A stretch of 58,673 nucleotides of DNA from Deltaproteobacteria bacterium (GCA_016935335.1 JAFGRE010000058.1:1-58673); one strand, 5' to 3'. Counted from the first letter of the stretch, positions 9,215 through 19,288 are shown. Notes: generated from the sequence alone by a model not told the origin. Made by a program: numbers and translations.

Positions 9215-10212
9215 GGGATAGCGGTTTTGAGGAAATACGATTTCTTGCCAACCACCGATTCGGGCTGAAGGCGATCTTGGCGATTCACAGGTTTGGAAAT
9301 CAGAATATTGCAGCGGGGGGTTGTCGGGTGCGGCATTACCGAGATGAATCTGGTGCGCTTGCCGATGCCAAACAGTTGGCTTTCACCATGAGCCTCAAAT
9401 ATCAAGTTGCGGGATTACCGTTTGGAGGGCTAAAACTTGTCGTTTATGCGCATGATGAATCTCATAGAAAAGAGGCGTTTGAACAGATAGGTCGGTGGAT
9501 GGATGAGTACAAGGGCAGATGCTATATTGCGACTGATCTTGGTTCTTCTCCCGAGGACATGGTGCACGTGAGGACTGAAACACCATATGTTTTGGAGTTG
9601 CCTGAGGAATATGGGGGACTCGGCTCTTTCATTCCGTTGCTTGGCGCAGGGGTGGCGAAGGGATTGGAGGCCGCCCTGGATTTTCTGGGTGGTGAAATTC
9701 ATTTCGACAGGATTTCGGCATATATAGTAGGACTGGGGAGGTCAGGCATAGCAATTGCCGCTTTGCTTCTGAAGAGGGGTTGTACCGTATACGGATATGA
9801 CGTGCAAGCAGAAAGAAACGCGGTGGGAGCCGGATACGGTGTGGTCATAAGGGATACGTTTCTCAGTGATCACTATGACCTTTTGATTCCCTGTGCGACT
9901 GATTACACAGTCAATACAAGCAATGCATATCAAATTGATGCAGACATTGTCGGTGGTTCCGCTAATGCACCGGTCCATCCGGTGGCGGAAGAGATACTGT
10001 TTGCGCGGGGCATTACCTTTATACCTGACTTTATCATATCCTCCGGCGCTATACTCGTAGATGATCTGATTATCACTGGGGGAACGCCGACAATAGTTGA
10101 AGGCATGAGGCGAACGACGAGGATATACGATTTTACGAAGACAGTCTTGTCAGAAAGCAAGAAGTCAGGGCGCATGCCCGGGGATATTGCGTTGCGGCTG
10201 CTGGGATATTAA
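9211..10212 (+). CDS. Glu/Leu/Phe/Val dehydrogenase-family protein (Leu/Phe-dehydrogenase-like)
   Basis: Aligns by eye to LeuDH: 'GLKAILAIH...AAGGCRV', 'MSLKYQVAGLPFGGLKLVV' (both catalytic Lys positions kept), 'YIATDLG', Rossmann 'IVGLGRSG', 'VGGSANAPV'. ATG 9211 overlaps the upstream stop (ATGA). Confidence 0.7.
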   Translation: MRDSGFEEIRFLANHRFGLKAILAIHRFGNQNIAAGGCRVRHYRDESGALADAKQLAFTMSLKYQVAGLPFGGLKLVVYAHDESHRKEAFEQIGRWMDEYKGRCYIATDLGSSPEDMVHVRTETPYVLELPEEYGGLGSFIPLLGAGVAKGLEAALDFLGGEIHFDRISAYIVGLGRSGIAIAALLLKRGCTVYGYDVQAERNAVGAGYGVVIRDTFLSDHYDLLIPCATDYTVNTSNAYQIDADIVGGSANAPVHPVAEEILFARGITFIPDFIISSGAILVDDLIITGGTPTIVEGMRRTTRIYDFTKTVLSESKKSGRMPGDIALRLLGY

Positions 10213-10214
10213 TC

Positions 10215-11189
10215 ATGGCAGAGGAAGGTGCTCCACTATATTGCGGCAAGAGGATATTTTTGGGCCTCAAGGATCTGTGCGTCTCTTTTTATACGCAGAA
10301 GTGCCAGCACGCATGCTCGTTCTGCATTTTGCCGACCAGATCATCGCGTCTCCCCGTCCCCCTCAAAAGTATCACCCGACAAATCGATTGGATGTTCAAT
10401 CGGTATAAGGACGAAATAGAGACGTTTCAACAACTTTCTGTCGGAAATGAAGGATCCATATTGGATGAAAAGAGATTCTATCCTGACGCCATGAATTATC
10501 TGGTGAAGCGTGCTCAAGCCATGACCCGACTGAAAGTGCTTTCGCTGGAAACGAGGCCGGAATATCTTAAAAAACGGTTGTTGGAAGAGATGGTGAGAAA
10601 AACGAATGCTGACATAGTAGATACTACCGTGGGTTTTGAAACGCAGGATGACAGGATACGGAATGCGATTCTGGGGAAAAATATGCAGAGAAGTCTTCTT
10701 GAGGAAAAAATCAGACTTCTTGGCAGGCTCGGCGTTCGCCTTACTTCATACGTTATGCTAAAGCCGGGCCCATTAATGACTGAAGAAGAAGGCATCCGGG
10801 AGGCTTTGGCGACGGTGGACTACTTGCAGGCGCACTGTCAAAGGGCGCATACGGCGTTGGTAATTTATTTGAGCCCGACCTACATTGCGAGAGGTTCACC
10901 GTTGGCGGGAGTGATGAGACGGGTTGGGTATCGGCCGCCGAAAATTCAGAGCGTTCTAAAGACGATTATTGAGATCACCCGACGGGGGATAGCGGTCTAT
11001 ACGGGATTGTGGTGTGAGAACCTCGCCGAGGACAAAGGAGACTTCAGCGGCAGGGACGATTATGATCCGCGGATTCGAAATGTCGTCAAGGAGTTTAACA
11101 AAACGCAAGACTTTTCTCTTGTCGAGCCGTATAAAGAGAATATTGAAGAGACGGTTCGTGATGACGCCCGTTCCAAAGCCAGCCATTAA
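10215..11189 (+). CDS. radical SAM protein, RaSEA/TIGR01210-like
   Basis: Cx3Cx2C 'CQHACSFC' at 10302-10325. 'GNEGSILDEKRF', 'LSLETRPEYL', 'VGFETQDDRIRNAILGKNM', 'YVMLKPGPLMTEEEGIREA'. Starts 2 nt after the upstream stop. Confidence 0.7.
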   Translation: MAEEGAPLYCGKRIFLGLKDLCVSFYTQKCQHACSFCILPTRSSRLPVPLKSITRQIDWMFNRYKDEIETFQQLSVGNEGSILDEKRFYPDAMNYLVKRAQAMTRLKVLSLETRPEYLKKRLLEEMVRKTNADIVDTTVGFETQDDRIRNAILGKNMQRSLLEEKIRLLGRLGVRLTSYVMLKPGPLMTEEEGIREALATVDYLQAHCQRAHTALVIYLSPTYIARGSPLAGVMRRVGYRPPKIQSVLKTIIEITRRGIAVYTGLWCENLAEDKGDFSGRDDYDPRIRNVVKEFNKTQDFSLVEPYKENIEETVRDDARSKASH

Positions 11190-11300
11190 TGCTCTGCATC
11201 CCTTCTCTTTTCCTTGCATCGGGAATCCGTTTTTGGTACATAATGTCTCCTGGTTGGGCCCGAGGGAGCAGAATTTGACGATAATGCCAGGGGTTTTTGA

Positions 11301-11329
11301 TTGACAAATCGGTACCGTGAATGTATGAA
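11301..11329 (+). promoter_or_regulatory. candidate sigma-70 promoter for the leuC operon
   Basis: TTGACA (11301-11306), 17-nt spacer, TATGAA(T) (11324-11329), about 80 nt upstream of leuC. Confidence 0.3.
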
Positions 11330-11409
11330 TAACCCAGAAAAAACCAGTTTGATACCGGGGTAGTCACAGGATCACCCACCTGTTCCGGAGGCTGAAGAAC
11401 AGTATACCT

Positions 11410-12669
11410 ATGGGAATGACAGTAACCGAAAAAATTCTGGCGCGACATGCGGGCCTGGAAACGGTAGCGCCGGGGCAGATCATCAATGCCACGATCGATG
11501 TGGCCTTGGGAAATGACATAACCGCTCCCATTGCTATTGATGAGTTCCGCAAAAACGGAGGGAAGAGGGTTTTCGATCGATCCAAGATTGTTCTTGTCCC
11601 CGATCATTTTACCCCCAACAAAGACATCCAGTCTGCGCGGCAATGCCAGATTCTCAGGAAATTCGCAAAGGAACAGAATCTAGTCTATTATTTCGATCAG
11701 GGAACCGTCGGCATTGAACATGCGTTGTTGCCGGAGCAGGGAATTGTGGTTCCCGGCGATGTGGTCATCGGCGCCGACAGTCATACCTGTACATATGGAG
11801 CCCTGGGGGCCTTTGCCACCGGGGTGGGCAGTACGGATTTAGCGTATGCCATGATGACGGGGGAAGCCTGGTTCCGGGTGCCTGAAACGATTCGATTTGT
11901 GTATAAAGGAACTCTTCCGCCGTGGGTTGATGGGAAAGATTTGATCTTGTTTACTATCGGCGATATCGGGGTCGAGGGAGCCCGGTACAAGGCGATGGAG
12001 TTTGCCGGGGAAGTCATATCCGAGCTTTCCATGGCGGCGAGATTTTCCATGGCCAACATGGCCATTGAGGCGGGAGCCAAAAACGGTATTTTCGTCCCCG
12101 ATGATACGACCTTGGCATATGTTGAGGAAAGGAAAACCAGAGACTTTATGGTTTATCACAGCGACCCGGATGCCGCCTTTGCAGAGATACGGGAATATGA
12201 CGTTTCCTCTCTCGAACTTCAGGTAGCCTTTCCCTCGCTTCCTTCGAATGTTCGCGGCATAAGCGATGTCGGCACGGTTCCCATTGATCAAGTGGTCATA
12301 GGATCTTGTACGAACGGACGAATTGAAGACCTGAGGACGGCGGCCCGGATCCTGAAAGGGGGAACCGTTGCGCCTCATGTACGGCTGATCATCATACCGG
12401 CCACGCCGACGGTCTACAAACAGGCACTGGAAGAAGGACTGCTCACCATATTCATTGAGAGCAATGCGGTCATTAGTCCGCCGACGTGCGGTCCTTGCTT
12501 GGGGGGACACATGGGGATTCTGGCACCTGGGGAGCGGGCTGTCGCCACCACCAATCGCAATTTTGTCGGGAGGATGGGGGACCCGCAGAGTGAGGTTTAT
12601 TTGGCGGGAGTTGCCGTGGCGGCCGCCTCGGCACTGTTGGGGAAAATCGGGGGTCCAAAGGATTTATGA
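11410..12669 (+). CDS. leuC: 3-isopropylmalate dehydratase large subunit (short, archaeal-type aconitase-family)
   Basis: 'TEKILARHAG', 'LVPDHFTPN', 'GADSHTCTYGALGAFATGVG', 'GSCTNGRIEDL', 'CGPCLG'; 419 aa. Confidence 0.85.
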   Translation: MGMTVTEKILARHAGLETVAPGQIINATIDVALGNDITAPIAIDEFRKNGGKRVFDRSKIVLVPDHFTPNKDIQSARQCQILRKFAKEQNLVYYFDQGTVGIEHALLPEQGIVVPGDVVIGADSHTCTYGALGAFATGVGSTDLAYAMMTGEAWFRVPETIRFVYKGTLPPWVDGKDLILFTIGDIGVEGARYKAMEFAGEVISELSMAARFSMANMAIEAGAKNGIFVPDDTTLAYVEERKTRDFMVYHSDPDAAFAEIREYDVSSLELQVAFPSLPSNVRGISDVGTVPIDQVVIGSCTNGRIEDLRTAARILKGGTVAPHVRLIIIPATPTVYKQALEEGLLTIFIESNAVISPPTCGPCLGGHMGILAPGERAVATTNRNFVGRMGDPQSEVYLAGVAVAAASALLGKIGGPKDL

Positions 12670-12684
12670 TGAGGAGGATCGGCG

Positions 12685-13185
12685 GTGAAATTTAAGGGGA
12701 GAGCGTGGCGATTTGGGACCAACATTGATACCGATGCCATTATTCCGGCTCGTTATCTTAATACCTCTGATCCCGATGAATTGGCTAAACATTGTATGGA
12801 AGATGCTGATCCCGGGTTTGTTACCGCCATGAAGCCGGGAGACATCATTGTGGCGGACAGCAATTTCGGGTGCGGCTCGTCTCGGGAACATGCTCCCATT
12901 GCCATAAAAGCAGCCGGCGTATCCTGTGTGATTGCCAGGAGTTTTGCCCGGATTTTTTATCGAAATGCCTTCAACATGGGTCTTCCTATCTTTGAATGCG
13001 GAGACGCCGTTGACGGGATCTCGGAAGGCGATACCATTGAAGTTGATGCTGCCACCGGCGAGATGCTTAATGTAACCAGCCAGAGAAAATTTAGAGCCCA
13101 TCCTATCCCCCCGTTTATGCAGGAGCTGATTGCTTCCGGGGGCCTGATGAAATATGCTCAAATGAGACGCTTACAGAGAGACTGA
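12685..13185 (+). CDS. leuD: 3-isopropylmalate dehydratase small subunit
   Basis: 'GRAWRFGTNIDTDAIIPARYL', 'NFGCGSSREHAPIAIKAAG', 'ARIFYRNAFNMGLP'; 166 aa. Confidence 0.85.
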   Translation: MKFKGRAWRFGTNIDTDAIIPARYLNTSDPDELAKHCMEDADPGFVTAMKPGDIIVADSNFGCGSSREHAPIAIKAAGVSCVIARSFARIFYRNAFNMGLPIFECGDAVDGISEGDTIEVDAATGEMLNVTSQRKFRAHPIPPFMQELIASGGLMKYAQMRRLQRD

Positions 13186-13188
13186 GAG

Positions 13189-14274
13189 ATGACAAAAACA
13201 TATACGATAGCAGTTATTCCCGGAGATGGAACCGGTCCGGAGGTGGTGGCCGAGGGAATAAAAGCCTTGAAAGTCGCGTCCGAAATCGAGAATTTTTCTG
13301 TAACCTTTGTTCCCTACGATCTCGGAGGAGAACGGTATCTTCGCACCGGCGAAACCCTGCCAGCTTCAGCGGTTGATGAACTGCGGCGCATGGATGCCAT
13401 TTATTTAGGGGCTATCGGCCATCCCGATGTTAAACCGGGTATTTTGGAAAAAGGAATACTTTTGAGTCTCCGCTTTGAACTGGATCAATACATCAACCTT
13501 CGACCGGTAAAGCTTTATCCGGGAGTGGAGACGCCCCTTAAGGAAAAGGGGCCGGAAGAGATCGACTTCGTCGTCGTCCGCGAAAACACCGAGGGGCTTT
13601 ATACCGGAAGCGGAGGATTCCTGAAAAAGGGAACTCCCCACGAAGTCGCTATTCAGGAATCAATCAATACCCGGATGGGGGTTGAACGGTGCCTTCGGTA
13701 CGCTTTTAACTTTTGCAGGCGGCGCGATAAGGAACGGAAATTGACGTTGTGCGGAAAAACGAATGTTCTGACGTTCGCCTTTGACCTGTGGGAACGGACC
13801 TTTAGAGAGATAAGTCCTGAGTATCCGGATGTCAGCACCGATTACGCCCATGTTGATGCCACCTGCATGTGGATGGTGAAAAATCCTGAGTGGTTTGACG
13901 TGATCGTTACCGACAACATGTTCGGTGATATCATTACCGACCTGGGGGCTATGATTCAAGGTGGTATGGGAGTGGCGGCCGGCGGGAACATTAATCCTGA
14001 AGGCGTATCCATGTTCGAGCCGATCGGAGGGTCGGCCCCGAAATACACCGGGAAGAACATGATAAATCCCATTGCGGCAATCTGTGCAGCTCAGATGATG
14101 CTTGAAGAATTAGAGGAATATAAGGCGGCTCAGAGAATAGAAAAAGCGGTTATGAAAGTGCTGGCTCGTGATCTCAAGAGCTTGAGCGCAGGAAAGATGG
14201 GGTATACGACGAGCGAGGTTGGTGATTTGGTGAAAAAGTACATTCTGGGAGGCGCTAAAGAAGATTCCGCGTGA
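13189..14274 (+). CDS. leuB: 3-isopropylmalate dehydrogenase
   Basis: '[13 protein letters not shown]', 'NLRPVK', 'VRENTEGLY', '[14 protein letters not shown]...GG'; 361 aa. Confidence 0.9.
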   Translation: MTKTYTIAVIPGDGTGPEVVAEGIKALKVASEIENFSVTFVPYDLGGERYLRTGETLPASAVDELRRMDAIYLGAIGHPDVKPGILEKGILLSLRFELDQYINLRPVKLYPGVETPLKEKGPEEIDFVVVRENTEGLYTGSGGFLKKGTPHEVAIQESINTRMGVERCLRYAFNFCRRRDKERKLTLCGKTNVLTFAFDLWERTFREISPEYPDVSTDYAHVDATCMWMVKNPEWFDVIVTDNMFGDIITDLGAMIQGGMGVAAGGNINPEGVSMFEPIGGSAPKYTGKNMINPIAAICAAQMMLEELEEYKAAQRIEKAVMKVLARDLKSLSAGKMGYTTSEVGDLVKKYILGGAKEDSA

Positions 14275-14822
14275 GGGTAATCGGCGGCATTCTTAAAGGA
14301 CGGCGACTGCAAACCTATCAAGGTATTGTTGTTCGCCCTACCGCAGACAAAGTACGGGAAGCCGTATTTGACATTCTTGCGCCTTGCAGTCTCGATGGAT
14401 GGATGTTGGACCTTTTTGCGGGAACCGGGAGCGTTGGAATCGAGGCACTCAGCCGGGGGATGGAACGGGCGGTTTTCGTCGAAAATAATCACAGGGTGCT
14501 CGCGATCTTGAGGAAAAATATTTGTGTGTGTGGACTGAAGGAGCGTGCGAAAGTGGTTGACCGTTCCGTAAGCACGGGGCTGAAGATACTGGGGGCGCGT
14601 GATGAGAAGTTCCAGCTGATTTTTTTGGACCCTTCGTATGGGCGGGGGTTGGTGGGTCATACGCTTCTGGGGATTAGTGAAGCCGGTTTGTTGTCGCGCG
14701 ATGGAATTGTTGTGGCCGAGCACTCTTCAGGAGAAACTGTTGAATCATCCTATGGAAGCTTGGTGAGGGATGACTGTCGCCGCTACGGTCAAACCCTGAT
14801 CTCTTTATTTCACCTATTATGA
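14271..14822 (+). CDS. rsmD: 16S rRNA (guanine966-N2)-methyltransferase
   Basis: '[13 protein letters not shown]', 'LDLFAGTGSVGIEALSRG', 'IFLDPSY'. The GTG start overlaps the leuB stop (GTGA). Confidence 0.8.
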   Translation: MRVIGGILKGRRLQTYQGIVVRPTADKVREAVFDILAPCSLDGWMLDLFAGTGSVGIEALSRGMERAVFVENNHRVLAILRKNICVCGLKERAKVVDRSVSTGLKILGARDEKFQLIFLDPSYGRGLVGHTLLGISEAGLLSRDGIVVAEHSSGETVESSYGSLVRDDCRRYGQTLISLFHLL

Positions 14823-14839
14823 ATAAGAAGAGGTGTTGT

Positions 14840-15346
14840 ATGGAAAGAGTAGCTGTGTATCCAGGATCATTCGATCCGATTACCAATGGACACTTGGACC
14901 TTGTCCGGAGAGGACTTAATATAGTGGACCGCATTATTATTGCCGTGGCCATTAATCCGCAAAAAAAACACATGTTTACTATTGAAGAGCGTGTTGAAAT
15001 GGCCACGAAGGCGATCGGCGATAATCCCCGGGTTACGGTAGGCTCTTTTGAGGGTCTCTTGGTTGATTATCTTAAGAAGCAAAACACCCATATCCTTCTG
15101 AGGGGAGTGCGAGCGGTATTGGATTTTGAGTATGAGTTTCAAATGGCTCTCATGAACAGGCGACTGGATAGATCGGTGGAGACGATCTTTATGATGACCG
15201 GTTACAAGTGGTTTTACGTAAGTTCTCGCATCATCCGGGATGTGGTGGTGGCAGGGGGGAATGTGGACGAAATCGTTCCGGATTGCGTGGCCAAGAAATT
15301 ACGAGAAAAATTCGCCGAAGGCTGTTTCAATAAAAACGACCGGTAA
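14840..15346 (+). CDS. coaD: pantetheine-phosphate adenylyltransferase
   Basis: 'VAVYPGSFDPITNGHLDLVRR', 'RGVRAVLDFEYEFQMALMNR'. AAGAGGTG RBS before ATG 14840 (track start 14819). Confidence 0.9.
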   Translation: MERVAVYPGSFDPITNGHLDLVRRGLNIVDRIIIAVAINPQKKHMFTIEERVEMATKAIGDNPRVTVGSFEGLLVDYLKKQNTHILLRGVRAVLDFEYEFQMALMNRRLDRSVETIFMMTGYKWFYVSSRIIRDVVVAGGNVDEIVPDCVAKKLREKFAEGCFNKNDR

Positions 15347-15542
15347 GGGGTTGATGGCAAGAGGGTGCGTTCTCCGTGGTTTGCTCCGGAGCGGTAGGAT
15401 TCCGCTTCGGTGCCTGCAATATAGAGTCTGCTCAATTTTTCCTATCTGAGAGTTCCTAGTAGGGCGGTATTTTTATCCATGATTTTAATTGGTTGTATTT
15501 TGTAAGGAATGAGGGATTTTGTAAAAAGAGGAAAGAATGTGC

Positions 15543-15571
15543 TTGACAAGAAGCCAAGAGTACACTATAAA
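15543..15571 (+). promoter_or_regulatory. candidate sigma-70 promoter for acs
   Basis: TTGACA (15543-15548), 17-nt spacer, TATAAA (15566-15571) in an AT-rich tract, about 85 nt upstream of the acs ATG. Confidence 0.45.
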
Positions 15572-15655
15572 TCAAAAATTTGATGACCGGAGGTTTAAGG
15601 CCAGCCAATTTATTTAAAACCATAATAATTCATTAATAAAGAAGGAGCTAACAAA

Positions 15656-17629
15656 ATGGGAAATGAAGAAAAGGGTCAATTAAAGGATATCTATCCGGTG
15701 CCGGAGTCTATTAAGGCCAAAGCCTACATTAAGAGCAAGGATGAATATGACAAGATGTACCAGCGGTCGGTAGATGATCCCGAAGGGTTCTGGAGCGAGA
15801 TTGCCGGCGAATATGTCTCCTGGAACAAAAAATGGGACAAGGTTATGGATTATAACTTTGACATTAAAAAGGGAGACATCTTTATCAAGTTTTTTGAAGG
15901 CGGCAAGCTGAATGTATCCTATAACTGTCTGGACAGACACCTTGCAACCAGAGGAAACAAGGTCGCCATCCAGTGGGAAGGGAATGAACCGAGTGAAGAC
16001 AAGGGGATAACGTACAAACAATTGCATGAAGAGGTTTGCAAGTTTGCCAATGTTCTCAAGGCACACGGCGTTAAGAAGGGCGATCGCGTCTGTATCTATC
16101 TTCCGATGATTCCCGAACTTGCCATCTCAATGCTGGCGTGCACCCGGATCGGCGCGATTCACAGCATCGTATTCGGTGGGTTTAGCGCCGATGCTTTGCG
16201 GGACCGGATCCAGGACAGCGAATGCAAAATTTTGGTTACCTGCGACGGAACCTTTCGCGGTGCCAAGGCGATTCCCCAGAAGACTAACGCTGATACCGCA
16301 CTTAAAGCGTGTCCCTCTATTGAAAAACAGATTATTGTTGAAAGAGTTGGGGAGAAGATCAAGTGTGACTGGCAAGAAGGAAGAGATCTTTGGTGGCATG
16401 AAGAGATGGCCAAGGTTGATGCCAACTGTGAACCGGAGTGGATGGATGCGGAAGATCCGCTTTTTATCCTCTATACCTCAGGTTCAACGGGAAAACCCAA
16501 GGGGGTTATGCATACCACCGGAGGTTATTTAACCTACGTAGCTTTTACTCACAAGGTAATCTTTGATTATCACGAAGAAGACATTTTCTGGTGTACCGCT
16601 GATATCGGCTGGGTTACCGGGCATAGTTATATTGTCTATGGTCCGCTTGCCAATGGCGCTACCTCAATCATGTTTGAGGGTGTGCCCAGCTATCCGGACT
16701 ACAGCCGGTTCTGGAAAGTCGTGGAAAAGTACAAAGTGACAATCTTCTATACCGCGCCCACCGCTATCCGCGCCTGCATGAAGGAAGGTGATGACTGGGT
16801 TAAGAAAGCAGACATTTCTTCAATTAGAATTCTCGGCTCCGTGGGCGAGCCCATCAATCCGGAAGCATGGAACTGGTACCATACCCTGATCGGGCGCGGC
16901 CAGTGTCCTATTGTAGACACCTTCTGGCAGACGGAAAACGGCGGAATCATCATCACCCCGCTTCCGGGCGCGATTGATCTAAAACCGGGCAAGGCAACGG
17001 TTCCGTTTTTCGGCGTTAAGCCGGCGCTGTTGAACGATGAAGGAAAAGAACTCACCGATCAGGTTGCCGGTGGAGCTCTTGTGGTCAGCAGACCATGGCC
17101 GGGACTGATGAGAGGCGTTTACGGCGACCCCAAACGATTTCAGGAGACCTATTTTGAACAGTTCCCCGGATATTATGTGGCCGGTGACGGCGCTACCAGA
17201 GATGAACTGGGATATTATCAGATTACGGGCCGGATCGACGATGTTATCAATGTTTCCGGTCACCGGATGGGAACGGCCGAGGTTGAAAGCGCGCTGGTCG
17301 CCCATGAAGCAGTGGCCGAGGCGGCGGTTGTCGGATATCCTCATGAGTTGAAGGGTCAGTCAATCTACGCTTTTGTGACCCTGAAGACCGGCGTAGAAAA
17401 ATCCGACGACCTGAAGAAGACACTGGTGGCGCATGTTCGAAAGGAGATCGGCCCCATCGCCACACCGGAAAAGATTCAGTTCGCCGACGGCCTTCCGAAA
17501 ACGAGAAGCGGAAAAATTATGAGACGAATTCTCAAGAAAGTCGCCGCCAACCAGATTGAAGACATTGGAGACACCACCACCTTGGCTGATCCCAGTGTCG
17601 TCGATGTGATCGTGAAAGAACGGCTGTAA
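15656..17629 (+). CDS. acs: acetyl-CoA synthetase (AMP-forming)
   Basis: 657 aa. '[11 protein letters not shown]', 'WWQTETGG'-like 'FWQTENGG', '[38 protein letters not shown]', '[12 protein letters not shown]'. AAGGAG RBS. Confidence 0.95.
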   Translation: MGNEEKGQLKDIYPVPESIKAKAYIKSKDEYDKMYQRSVDDPEGFWSEIAGEYVSWNKKWDKVMDYNFDIKKGDIFIKFFEGGKLNVSYNCLDRHLATRGNKVAIQWEGNEPSEDKGITYKQLHEEVCKFANVLKAHGVKKGDRVCIYLPMIPELAISMLACTRIGAIHSIVFGGFSADALRDRIQDSECKILVTCDGTFRGAKAIPQKTNADTALKACPSIEKQIIVERVGEKIKCDWQEGRDLWWHEEMAKVDANCEPEWMDAEDPLFILYTSGSTGKPKGVMHTTGGYLTYVAFTHKVIFDYHEEDIFWCTADIGWVTGHSYIVYGPLANGATSIMFEGVPSYPDYSRFWKVVEKYKVTIFYTAPTAIRACMKEGDDWVKKADISSIRILGSVGEPINPEAWNWYHTLIGRGQCPIVDTFWQTENGGIIITPLPGAIDLKPGKATVPFFGVKPALLNDEGKELTDQVAGGALVVSRPWPGLMRGVYGDPKRFQETYFEQFPGYYVAGDGATRDELGYYQITGRIDDVINVSGHRMGTAEVESALVAHEAVAEAAVVGYPHELKGQSIYAFVTLKTGVEKSDDLKKTLVAHVRKEIGPIATPEKIQFADGLPKTRSGKIMRRILKKVAANQIEDIGDTTTLADPSVVDVIVKERL

Positions 17630-17640
17630 AGAGAGAATAA

Positions 17641-17672
17641 AAGGAGCTTCCTCTGAGGGGGCTCCTTTTTGT
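17641..17672 (+). terminator. rho-independent terminator after acs
   Basis: AAGGAGC...GCTCCTT stem followed by TTTTTGTT, 12 nt after the acs stop. Confidence 0.7.
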
Positions 17673-17769
17673 TCATTCGTTAACCCTGGAAGAGACTTTT
17701 TGTGGTGATACCGTAGGAATGAGTTTGGTAGTGGTACATTTTGGAAGTTAAGAATCTAAGGAGGTAGAG

Positions 17770-19113
17770 ATGATCAGGAAGGTTATTGTCGGAGTATTGT
17801 GTTTGATGCTTGCTGTGGCCTTTGCGATGCCGGTTATGGCAAGCGGAGGAGCAGAGGTTGATCAGCTTCAGCAGCGGATTGATAGTCTGGAAAAACAGCT
17901 GAATGAATTAAAGCAAGTTCTTCAGCAGCAGCAGCAAATGCGCGAGGAAGACAAAGTGCGGGTGGAGCAGATTGAACAGAAAGTACAAAGTACTGAGAAA
18001 GTGGTTGCGGAGGCAGCCCCCCGCGTACTGAGTAAATTCCAGTTCAAGCCCTATGGGTATGTTAAACTGGACGCAAGCTATAACGACAGCAGAACGAATG
18101 GGAGTGACGGTGATTTTATTATTTTTGTTCCCAATGAGTCCGTGCATAAAAATGATAATGACTTTAGCATGACCATTCGACAGACAAGATTGGGAATGAA
18201 TATTATAGCTCCCAAATCTGGTGAATGGGAAGCATTGGGAAGAATTGAAGTTGATCTTTACGGTAATGCTGCCCACGAGAATAAGTCCGAGCTCATGGTT
18301 CGTCATGCATATTTACAGTTAACGCGGGCGAACTTCAGTCTCCTAGCCGGACAGACTTCTGATCTGATTTCACCTTTATTTCCTAGTACCCTTAATTACA
18401 CGGTTGGCTGGGGAGCGGGTAATATAGGGTACAGAAGAGCCCAATTGCGTTTAACCTATGATTATCCGGTCAACGAGAGGAATAAGCTTACGACCGCGTT
18501 CGCAATAGCGCGTACCACAGGCACTATCAACGAAGATTTTGATTTTGACGGTTATAATGATGGTGATGATGCGGGTTTTCCCACCGTTCAAGGAAGGATT
18601 GCGCTTTCGACAAAGCTGTTAACCGATAAGGCAAGTGTATTTGGAATTTCCGGTCACTATGGAAAAGAAGAAATGGATTTGCCGGCGCGACAGATTCGGG
18701 CAAAAACCTGGTCGGTGAACGGTGATTTTGATTTGCCGTTGAGTGCGTGTCTATCCCTTAAGGGTGAGATCTTTGCCGGTTATAATCTGGATGATTATTT
18801 TGGGGGTATTTTGCAGGGAATCAATGCCGGGACGCAGGACATTATTAAGACCAGAGGCGGTTGGGCACAGTTGAGCTATGCCTGGAGCAGTGAGTTAAAA
18901 TACAACGCCGGGTTCGGCATCGATGACCCGAGTAACGATGACCTCAGCGCCGGAATGCGCGGGCGGAACAGCTTCTATTTCGCCAATGTAAACTACCAAA
19001 TTATTCCGCCGGTGACGGTAGGGTTGGAATATAGTTATTGGAATACCGAATATATCGACAGAAGCAATGGAACCGACAATCGGTTACAGGCTTCCATCAT
19101 CTACAAGTGGTAA
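17770..19113 (+). CDS. outer-membrane porin with N-terminal coiled coil (DcaP-like architecture)
   Basis: Signal peptide 'LMLAVAFAMPVMA'. A roughly 60-aa Q/E/K-rich heptad segment. Then alternating beta-strand-like sequence ending in the OMP signature '...LQASIIYKW'. AAGGAGG RBS. Confidence 0.6.
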   Translation: MIRKVIVGVLCLMLAVAFAMPVMASGGAEVDQLQQRIDSLEKQLNELKQVLQQQQQMREEDKVRVEQIEQKVQSTEKVVAEAAPRVLSKFQFKPYGYVKLDASYNDSRTNGSDGDFIIFVPNESVHKNDNDFSMTIRQTRLGMNIIAPKSGEWEALGRIEVDLYGNAAHENKSELMVRHAYLQLTRANFSLLAGQTSDLISPLFPSTLNYTVGWGAGNIGYRRAQLRLTYDYPVNERNKLTTAFAIARTTGTINEDFDFDGYNDGDDAGFPTVQGRIALSTKLLTDKASVFGISGHYGKEEMDLPARQIRAKTWSVNGDFDLPLSACLSLKGEIFAGYNLDDYFGGILQGINAGTQDIIKTRGGWAQLSYAWSSELKYNAGFGIDDPSNDDLSAGMRGRNSFYFANVNYQIIPPVTVGLEYSYWNTEYIDRSNGTDNRLQASIIYKW

Positions 19114-19160
19114 AAAGGAGATAGGCGGTTCGCGGCCGAACTCTTTATATAGGCAATAGG

Positions 19161-19199
19161 AAGTGGGAAGAGACGGGTGTAGTCTCTTCCCACTTTTTT
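19161..19199 (+). terminator. rho-independent terminator after the porin gene
   Basis: AAGTGGGAAGAGAC / GTCTCTTCCCACTT 14-bp stem followed by TTTTTT. Confidence 0.75.
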
Positions 19200-19288
19200 A
19201 TAGCGGATGATATTTTTTTGCGAGTCATTTGACGGGATAAAAAAGAGATAAAGAGAAAATCTGCCGAGATTCGGGACGACGGCTTCGG

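Noticed and set aside
11189-11278. 29-codon ORF starting at a TAATG overlap with the radical SAM stop (MLCIPSLFLASGIRFWYIMSPGWARGSRI)
   Set aside because: It is tempting as a coupled peptide or substrate for the radical SAM enzyme. However, TAATG overlaps arise by chance, there is no leader/core logic or Cys/Gly-rich core, and the rSAM looks RaSEA-like rather than RiPP-like (no SPASM/RRE seen).
11095-11643. 182-aa minus-strand ORF across the radical SAM / leuC intergenic region
   Set aside because: It overlaps the ends of two well-supported plus-strand genes and the predicted leuC promoter, and has no recognisable domain.
11410-15346. leuC-leuD-leuB fused in one operon with rsmD-coaD and lacking leuA
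   Set aside because: The GTGA overlap of leuB and rsmD is real. However, leuA is commonly encoded elsewhere and rsmD-coaD is a conserved pair, so this is ordinary operon variation.
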